64,000 nt of DNA, taken from assembly GCA_052033375.1 (NCBI GenBank), contig JBPOJQ010000014.1, positions 342 through 64,341 of the forward strand, in the 5' to 3' direction. The notes under the pieces are model-generated. The model was not told where the DNA came from. It saw only the letters and a list, made by a program, of their open reading frames with translations, and did not search any database. Shown here piece after piece: positions 57,580 through 64,000 of this stretch (position 1 is the stretch's first letter; every line of letters begins with the position of its first letter). Both the position numbers and the translations under genes were made by a program. Source of the DNA: Candidatus Magasanikiibacteriota bacterium. Lineage in GTDB: Bacteria > Patescibacteriota > Patescibacteriia > Magasanikbacterales > UBA922.

Positions 57580-58968
57580 ATGACTAATTACGAAATTTGG
57601 CAATCAGTACTTGCTGAATTTGAACTCACACTTTCTAAAGCAAACTTTACCACCTGGTTCAAAAATACAGGCATTTCTCAATATGAGAATAGTAACGTAA
57701 TTGTCTGTGTTCCCAATGCATTTACGAAAAGTTGGCTTGAAAAAAAATATCACACAACAATAGTAAAAATCCTAGAACGTGTCACCGGCAAACCAGTAAA
57801 AAAAATCGACTACATCGTTGATAACGTCAGAAATATCAAAGAACAAGAGTGTACTCCTACCTCTGCTGAAGCTTTCAAAGTTCCCTCTCTTCACGCTTCA
57901 ATCGCTCAAGTACCCAAAAAAGCCTTGCTGGTACAACAGTTTGGGCTTAACCCAAAATACATATTTGAAACTTTTGTAGTTGGTAAAGGAAATGAGCTCG
58001 CTCATGCTGCGGCACAGGCGGTTGCCTCGAGACCAGGCGATGCGTATAACCCACTATTTATCTACGGCGGTGTCGGACTTGGTAAAACCCACCTAATTCA
58101 GGCTATCGGACACACCATGCTTGCTACCAATCCTAACGTAAAAATTCTGTACGTTAGTTCAGAAAAATTTACAAATGAATTTGTCTCGTCAGTCAAAGAG
58201 GGTCGTGCCAAAGAATTCAAAGATCGATATAGAAATGTCGATTTACTTCTTATCGATGATATTCAATTTATTGGTGGCAAAGAACAAACCCAAGAGGAAT
58301 TCTTCCACACCTTCAATGAGCTCCATCAACAAGGTAAACAGGTAGTAATGACGAGTGATCGTCCACCAAAAGCTATTCCTGCCCTTGAAGACCGTCTACG
58401 TAGCCGATTTGAGTGGGGAATGATTGCAGATGTTTCACCTCCTGATCTTGAGACACGTATTGCGATTATTCAAAAAAAGGCCCAGGAGCGTCAATTTCCT
58501 ATTTCTTCTGACATACAGACCCTCATTGCAGCTAATATTCAGAGTAATATACGCGAACTTGAAGGTGCTCTCAATAAAATAATTGCCTTCCATGAATTAA
58601 AAAATACCACCCCAACAGAAGAATCTATTCGTCATATTCTTTCTAGTTTCCAGGAGCAGAACATGCGCCGTTCGCTCACCCCAAAAGACTTGATTGAGGA
58701 GGTTAACAAATTTTACGATATCAAATTGGAAGACACTCTAGGTAAAAGCAGAGAAAAACGTTTTGCGTTTCCACGCCAAGTCATCATGTATCTTATGAGA
58801 GAAGAGTTAAAACTCTCGTACCCGAGTATTGGCGAAGAACTCGGAGGCCGTGATCACACTACTGCCATGCACGCGCATTCCAAAATTGTTTCAGAAATTG
58901 AAAATGATCTGAAATTACGACAGGATGTGGAGCTTATTAAGCAACGGTTATACACAAACAAAATTTAA
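57580..58968 (+). CDS. dnaA: chromosomal replication initiator protein DnaA
   Basis: AAA+ Walker A …IYGGVGLGKTHLIQAIGH…, Walker B …LLLIDDIQF…, C-terminal DnaA-box-binding HTH (…VIMYLMREELKLSYPSIGEELGGRDHTTAMHA…). Confidence 0.95.
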   Translation: MTNYEIWQSVLAEFELTLSKANFTTWFKNTGISQYENSNVIVCVPNAFTKSWLEKKYHTTIVKILERVTGKPVKKIDYIVDNVRNIKEQECTPTSAEAFKVPSLHASIAQVPKKALLVQQFGLNPKYIFETFVVGKGNELAHAAAQAVASRPGDAYNPLFIYGGVGLGKTHLIQAIGHTMLATNPNVKILYVSSEKFTNEFVSSVKEGRAKEFKDRYRNVDLLLIDDIQFIGGKEQTQEEFFHTFNELHQQGKQVVMTSDRPPKAIPALEDRLRSRFEWGMIADVSPPDLETRIAIIQKKAQERQFPISSDIQTLIAANIQSNIRELEGALNKIIAFHELKNTTPTEESIRHILSSFQEQNMRRSLTPKDLIEEVNKFYDIKLEDTLGKSREKRFAFPRQVIMYLMREELKLSYPSIGEELGGRDHTTAMHAHSKIVSEIENDLKLRQDVELIKQRLYTNKI

Positions 58969-59214
58969 TTTCTGTGCATAAACCAGCGAAAAAGTGTATA
59001 TAAGCTGGTACACAGAGGTGGAGTAATTAAATGTTTTCCACAAGCTGACTTCAACATGTTATTTCTGTACAGGTTCTATCACTGTTGACCGCACTGTCTA
59101 TCCACAATACAAAATTAAAATTTTCTCTGTAATTAGCCCAAAAATCAACTTATCCACCTTATTCACAGTCTCTACTATTATCTACTAGTTTATATTATAT
59201 AAAGAGATACAAAT
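58969..59214. promoter_or_regulatory. candidate oriC (DnaA boxes plus AT-rich unwinding element) between dnaA and dnaN
   Basis: TTTTCCACA, TATCCACAA, TTATCCACC, TTATTCACA then AT-rich …TTTATATTATATAAAGAGATACAAAT…. Confidence 0.5.
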
Positions 59215-60342
59215 ATGAAACTAACATCCACAAGAGAAAATTTATTATATAGTTTGGATATTGCAAATACATTTGCGGGGAAACATGCAAATTTACCCAT
59301 TCTACAAAATATACTTATTCGAGCACATGAATCTGGTGTAGAAATAAGTGCCACTAATCTTGAAGTTTCAATCAAAACACACATCCGTGCAAAAGTAGAA
59401 ATACCTGGTTCGTTTACTGTACCTGCAAAAACAATCACCGAATATGTACGATTATTAACAAATGATCAGGTAGAGTTGACTCTTGAGGGTACTGAGTTGG
59501 TAATTCGTTCTGCTGGTTCTGAAACAAAAATAAAAGGATTTCCTGCTGAAGAGTTCCCGGTGATTCCAGGGATAGAGGAAGGAAATACCTATCTTATACA
59601 TGCTGAAACCTTGAGACAAACAATTGCAAAAGTGGCTATTTCTTGTGCTAAGAATGAGATCCGTCCAGAATTTTCAGGTGTGTATTGTCGGTTTAAAAGT
59701 GAACGTTATGATGGATTGATAATGGCAGCAACTGACTCGTATCGACTTTCTGAAGCTCGTGTACCTATTGCTCAGGGAGGAGAGGGGGAAATGAGCTGCA
59801 TCATACCTGGTCGGGTTGCTCAGGAAATCGCTCGTTTAATACAGTTTGGTCGACAGCATGAGGGAGAGGAACATGTGCGAATGACCGTGAGCGCAAATCA
59901 AATTTCGATTCGTTATGATATGTTTGAAATGGTGAGTCGACTCATTGAGGGGAGATATCCAGATTATACACAAATAATCCCAACAACCTTTAAAACACAG
60001 GCCACCTTCCATGTATCAGAGCTTGTGAATAAAATAAAGGCGGCAAGTCTGTTTTCTACTGCCGGGGTGAACGCAATTTCTTTTCAATTGGATTCTCAAA
60101 AAAAACAATTGGGTGTGTCTTCGACTAGTGCACAAACCGGTGCACATACTTCCTATATTGATACAGAAGTAACCGGTGATCACATGACGGTGTTGCTCAA
60201 TTTTCGATACGTATTGGATGGACTTCAACAAATCGAAGAGGACGAAGCGCTCATGCAGATAAATTCTCCTGATGCACCGTGTCTCATACGTGTACCCGGA
60301 AATGAGACTTTTCAATATATCGTGATGCCAATACGGCAGTAA
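59215..60342 (+). CDS. dnaN: DNA polymerase III beta sliding clamp
   Basis: 375 aa; three-domain beta-clamp pattern; immediately downstream of dnaA. Confidence 0.9.
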   Translation: MKLTSTRENLLYSLDIANTFAGKHANLPILQNILIRAHESGVEISATNLEVSIKTHIRAKVEIPGSFTVPAKTITEYVRLLTNDQVELTLEGTELVIRSAGSETKIKGFPAEEFPVIPGIEEGNTYLIHAETLRQTIAKVAISCAKNEIRPEFSGVYCRFKSERYDGLIMAATDSYRLSEARVPIAQGGEGEMSCIIPGRVAQEIARLIQFGRQHEGEEHVRMTVSANQISIRYDMFEMVSRLIEGRYPDYTQIIPTTFKTQATFHVSELVNKIKAASLFSTAGVNAISFQLDSQKKQLGVSSTSAQTGAHTSYIDTEVTGDHMTVLLNFRYVLDGLQQIEEDEALMQINSPDAPCLIRVPGNETFQYIVMPIRQ

Positions 60343-60346
60343 GAAT

Positions 60347-60378
60347 AAAAAAACTCCTGACGCTCTCAGGAGTTTTTT
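60347..60378. terminator. bidirectional rho-independent terminator between convergent dnaN and PBP gene
   Basis: AAAAAACTCCTGA-CGCTC-TCAGGAGTTTTTTT. Confidence 0.7.
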
Positions 60379-60383
60379 TATTC

Positions 60384-63272
60384 TTAATTTTTAATTTCAA
60401 CCGGTATCTCATCACTTATAGTGGTATTGTCGTTTCTAGACGTAATTTCAGCGGTCAGGCGATAGTTTCCTGGTGGAAGTGAGTCGTACCAGACAATTGA
60501 AATTTTGTTATTGAAGAATGTTGCATTTTCGAAATCGGTTATTTCAGCGATATTTTTTCTATTACCCCCACCTGTCGATTGAATTGATACTGTAATTTTT
60601 TTGAGGTCTTGTAGTTTTCGGTGATTGAGTAGTAGTCCTATAGGGAAACTACTTTTTGTCATAGAGTATGATCTTTCTGAAAAACTAACTCCTGGAGGAA
60701 GTGGCTCCACATCGAAAACAAAAGGTATGTGTTCTTCAATTCTGTTTCCGATGTCGTCAGTTACGGTAATTGTCAGTGTGTGGTCACCGGGCTCCACATT
60801 CGATGCGGTGTGAGTGATGTTAAATGGAATTGAGCGTTCGACACCAATTAACTCATTATCAATTTTATAGGTTACTTCAGACACACCTCTGGGTGCGGAA
60901 ACGGAAATGTTGGTGGAAAATGATCGTGAGGTGAGAACCGTACCTGGTTTTGGGTATATAACTTCAAGAGTCGGAATTAATTCAAGTGAGTACGTGTCAT
61001 CATATTCTGTCGGTGGCTCTCCAAAATTTGGAGCCCATGAGGGGTCTTCGGTCAGTTTTCGTTGTATCCATTCCTGTATTCCTTTTTCCCATGAAAAATA
61101 TTGTGGGTCATTTTCGGGGTGTTCGGGTGCTGGTCCTCGGGGATTACTTTTGTCCACATAATGTAGGATTTCATGTGGTTGCATGTACGTTCGTTCTTCA
61201 ATTAGGTTTTCAGGTGTTGAGCTGGAGACAAGTCTACCTGTGATTTTGTTTACTCTTAGTGTAATTCCTCCGCCGTTCCCTCCACGTAATACGGGTTTTT
61301 CGGCAGTGTTGGGAGGTAACTCAGGGAATTGTTCAACTGGTGAACCTTTGGTTGCTTCGCGCATAAATTTACTCCACAACCGCGCAGCGAGCATACTTCC
61401 ACTTGATCCCGATTTCATAGGAGTATTATCTGTGTTTCCGGTCCAAATACCCACGGCAAGGCCAGGGGTGTATCCCACGGTCCATGCATCAATATAATTA
61501 TTTGTGGTCCCTGTTTTTGCAGCGACTGGGCGGCCTGGAAGTGTTAATACTCCACCTGCCCCAAAAATGAATGATCGTGCACCATCATCGCTTAATACGT
61601 TACTAATGGTCGCTGCTATTTCTGGTTTTATAGCTTCGGTACCTTTTTGTTTTTTCCACTCTTCCAGCACTTTTCCCGTACTATCTTCTACTTTGAGTAT
61701 GCTCACTGGTTCGTAGTAACTTCCTCCATTGGCAAGTGTCGCATATGCATTTGTGTGCTCAAGCACAGACACACCTCCGCATCCAAGCACGAGAGCTAGC
61801 CCACAATCTTCAGTATCATCAAGTGTGGTGTATCCTAGTCGTTTTGCAAAATCAATTCCATTTTTTGCACCTCCAATAAGATATAGTGTTTTGACTGCTG
61901 GAATATTCAGGGAACCGGCAAGAGCTTGGCGCATGGTGAGAGGGCCGTATTCTTTGAGAGTATAGTTAGTCGGGATATAGGGTTTATTTCCATTTGGATT
62001 AAAATTGGTAAGCACATCATAGAGAATAGTGTCTGGGGTGTATCCCTTTTCAAATGCCGCAGTATAAATAATTGGTTTGAAAGAAGAACCTGGCTGACGT
62101 TTTCCTAGTGTTGCTACGTTGAATTGTCCGTCAATTGTTTCGTCGTCAAAATCTTTTGATCCAATCATTGCGAGAATCTGTCCTGTCTTTGGATCCATTG
62201 CAACGAGAGAAGCGTTGTCGGCATCAGCATTTTGGAGTGTTTCAATACCGTCTTCACCACTAATCACTTCTTTAGCGAGTTGTTGTTTGTCCCAATCAAG
62301 TGTGGTGATTACTGTAAGGCCGCCTTTGTCTACGAGCGCTTCGCCATATTTATCTACTAATAATTGTTTTACATACATTACAAAGTGGGGCGCTTCGAAG
62401 TTTGATTTAATTGTTCTGATAGTGAGTTCTTCGGCCTGTGCAGCATTTTTTTCTTCCTCTGTAATGTGTCCCTCTTTATACATTTCATATAACACTAAAT
62501 TTCTTCGCTCTTTGAACGCATCAGGATTATTTAAAAAACGTGAAGGCGATTGAGGCATTCCTGCAAGTGCTGCAGATTCTGCAAGGGTAAGATCTTTTAC
62601 ATCTTTACCAAAATAACTTTGTGCTGCAGATTGTACGCCGTAATTCGTAGATCCGTATGGGATTTCATTAAAATAGATTTGGAGGATTTGGTCTTTAGAA
62701 TATTTTTGTTCCAGTCGAATTGAAAGAATCCATTCTTTTATTTTTCGCACGTATGAACGATCATTGGTCAGAATGGCGTTTTTTACTAGTTGTTGTGTGA
62801 TTGTGGAAGCTCCGCGTGTACGCTCACTGCTCAGTGCCCCCTCAATAACTACTTTGATGATACTTAATGGACGAATACCCTTATGCTCATAGAATGTTTT
62901 ATCTTCGGTTGCTATCAGTCCATTAATCAGGTCTTTTGGTATATCTTCAAGTGTGACAAGTGTCCGTTTTTCGTCGGCAAAAATTTCATATAAGAGGTGT
63001 TCGCCGGTGCGGTCATAGATTTTTGTGCTCTCGGCAACTTCTCGGTCGGTAAGTCTGTTTGGGTCTGGGAGATCCTTACTGGCCCATGCGACTAGAATTG
63101 TACTGCCTAAAAATCCAAAAACAGCCAAGGCAAAGAGAGTTAAAAAAATGTTTTTTTTGCTAAAAATTTGTTTTTTTCTTCTTTTTGGGCTTTCACTTCC
63201 AGAATAGGTCTGTCGGGGACCTCGTCCTGTGAGGTATCCGTAAGATCTGGTTTTTAAGCTTGGGATAGGCAT
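60384..63272 (-). CDS. class A penicillin-binding protein (PBP1A; transglycosylase + transpeptidase) with C-terminal Ig-like repeat extension
   Basis: N-terminal TM anchor; GT51 motifs (…ATEDKTFYEHKGI…, …GASTITQQLVKN…, …RKIKEWILSIRLEQKYSKDQILQIYFNEIPYG…); transpeptidase SSFKP, SLN, KTGT; ~280-aa C-terminal beta-rich tandem domains. Confidence 0.85.
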   Translation of the reverse strand: MPIPSLKTRSYGYLTGRGPRQTYSGSESPKRRKKQIFSKKNIFLTLFALAVFGFLGSTILVAWASKDLPDPNRLTDREVAESTKIYDRTGEHLLYEIFADEKRTLVTLEDIPKDLINGLIATEDKTFYEHKGIRPLSIIKVVIEGALSSERTRGASTITQQLVKNAILTNDRSYVRKIKEWILSIRLEQKYSKDQILQIYFNEIPYGSTNYGVQSAAQSYFGKDVKDLTLAESAALAGMPQSPSRFLNNPDAFKERRNLVLYEMYKEGHITEEEKNAAQAEELTIRTIKSNFEAPHFVMYVKQLLVDKYGEALVDKGGLTVITTLDWDKQQLAKEVISGEDGIETLQNADADNASLVAMDPKTGQILAMIGSKDFDDETIDGQFNVATLGKRQPGSSFKPIIYTAAFEKGYTPDTILYDVLTNFNPNGNKPYIPTNYTLKEYGPLTMRQALAGSLNIPAVKTLYLIGGAKNGIDFAKRLGYTTLDDTEDCGLALVLGCGGVSVLEHTNAYATLANGGSYYEPVSILKVEDSTGKVLEEWKKQKGTEAIKPEIAATISNVLSDDGARSFIFGAGGVLTLPGRPVAAKTGTTNNYIDAWTVGYTPGLAVGIWTGNTDNTPMKSGSSGSMLAARLWSKFMREATKGSPVEQFPELPPNTAEKPVLRGGNGGGITLRVNKITGRLVSSSTPENLIEERTYMQPHEILHYVDKSNPRGPAPEHPENDPQYFSWEKGIQEWIQRKLTEDPSWAPNFGEPPTEYDDTYSLELIPTLEVIYPKPGTVLTSRSFSTNISVSAPRGVSEVTYKIDNELIGVERSIPFNITHTASNVEPGDHTLTITVTDDIGNRIEEHIPFVFDVEPLPPGVSFSERSYSMTKSSFPIGLLLNHRKLQDLKKITVSIQSTGGGNRKNIAEITDFENATFFNNKISIVWYDSLPPGNYRLTAEITSRNDNTTISDEIPVEIKN

Positions 63273-63312
63273 AAAAAATTTGCTAAAATAAGCATTTTTT
63301 GGGGCTTTAGGC

Positions 63313-63341
63313 TTGACAAAAAGGCCTTTGTATGGTACTAT
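63313..63341 (+). promoter_or_regulatory. sigma70-type promoter TTGACA-17-TACTAT
   Basis: TTGACA at 63313-63318, 17-nt spacer, TACTAT at 63336-63341; ~105 nt upstream of the 3D-domain gene. Confidence 0.55.
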
Positions 63342-63346
63342 ATGCC

Positions 63347-63450
63347 GTTACCAAGTGCAAGATACCATATAGGTATCTTTTTGATTTCGATGTACAGCAC
63401 TTGGTCAATCCTCACAGAGTGATGCTCTGAGGGGTAACACATATTAGTCT
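63347..63450 (+). ncRNA. structured 5' leader (candidate cis-regulatory RNA/riboswitch) of 3D-domain gene
   Basis: Long-range stem CCAAGTGC(63351-58)/GCACTTGG(63397-404) enclosing hairpin GATACC-ATAT-AGGTATC; second hairpin CCTCACAGAG…CTCTGAGGGG sequesters GAGGGG SD; alternative GTTACC/GGTAAC pairing. Confidence 0.35.
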
Positions 63451-63993
63451 ATGGCTACTATAACATATAGTCGAGTACAGAAGGTAGGTATCGCGGTAGT
63501 ATGTGCTGTCTTGAGTGTTGCCTACATTATCCGTCCTGTTACTGCTCATGCAGAAACAGGAGCAGTAAGCTCAGCTTTTAGAAGTATCATGAATTTGTTC
63601 TCTGATAAAAATGTGGAAGCCGAGTCTGAAGAAGTGAATGTGTTTCCTGAGGTCGAAGATCGAGAGCCTACACGTGTGATTCTTGCAGTCATGACCGCGT
63701 ACTCAAGTGAGGTTGCTCAGACAGATGCGAGTCCGTGTATTCCTGCAGATTGGAAATACGATCTCTGTGAACATTATGAAAAATATGGAGAACAGAATAC
63801 GATTGCTGCTAACTTTCTCCCCTTAGGCACCAAAGTACGTTTTCCTGACCTATATGGCGATAAAGTGTTTACGGTCCGTGATCGTATGAATTCTCGCTAT
63901 GGAGTGGGCAGAGGTGATATCTGGATGCCTACCAAAGCGGAGGCAAAACAGTTTGGTGTGAAGAAAGTTACTATGGAAATTTATTCAAGATAA
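63451..63993 (+). CDS. 3D-domain cell-wall-binding protein (MltA/YabE-like lytic transglycosylase fold)
   Basis: Signal/TM …VGIAVVCAVLSVAYIIRPVTAHA; C-terminal …VMTAYSSEV…TDASPCIPADW…GTKVRFPDLYGDKVFTVRDRMNSRYGVGRGDIWMPTKAEAKQFG… with the conserved Asp pattern of 3D domains. Confidence 0.65.
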   Translation: MATITYSRVQKVGIAVVCAVLSVAYIIRPVTAHAETGAVSSAFRSIMNLFSDKNVEAESEEVNVFPEVEDREPTRVILAVMTAYSSEVAQTDASPCIPADWKYDLCEHYEKYGEQNTIAANFLPLGTKVRFPDLYGDKVFTVRDRMNSRYGVGRGDIWMPTKAEAKQFGVKKVTMEIYSR

Positions 63994-64000
63994 CATATAA

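Overview
This is low-GC bacterial chromosomal DNA with short genes and a tight gene layout. Several markers fit a Patescibacteria/CPR-like organism: a 'four-helix-bundle' protein, VirB2/TrbC-like 'T4SS-pilin' family proteins, a minimal Gram-positive-style type IV pilus gene set and a small PBP1A. The phylum assignment is inference from these markers.

The window contains the replication-origin neighbourhood, rpmH-rnpA-yidD ... dnaA-dnaN, with DnaA-box clusters on both sides of dnaA. Recognisable housekeeping genes are:
- Translation and ribosome: rpsF-ssb-rpsR, rpsT, rpmH, rnpA, tig, ychF.
- Replication and repair: polA, holA, dnaA, dnaN, rmuC.
- Metabolism: rpiB, rpe, trxB-like, galU, a PfkB-family kinase, an NDH-2-like oxidoreductase.
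- Cell envelope: PBP1A, a 3D-domain cell-wall protein.
- RNA genes: three tRNAs, Arg-TCT, His-GTG and Arg-CCT.

Two things stand out.

1. An array of 11 same-strand paralogous small membrane proteins at 16.1-23.8 kb. They share a VirB2/TrbC-like C-terminal two-helix core and have hypervariable N-terminal ectodomains, some Cys-rich. The array sits next to a type IV pilus locus: PilX/W/V-like minor pilins, then pilB-pilC-pilM-pilN-pilO.

2. At least nine short islets, 0.3-0.8 kb, that are visibly GC-rich against the AT-rich background and use a C/G-ending codon preference.
   - Each carries one small unrelated ORF, several with their own promoter, ribosome-binding site and terminator.
   - They lie between core genes, including next to both tRNA-Arg genes and between rpmH and dnaA.
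   - Two adjacent islets end in a ~123-bp near-identical direct repeat carrying two hairpins.

No CRISPR array, rRNA or obvious prophage was seen.
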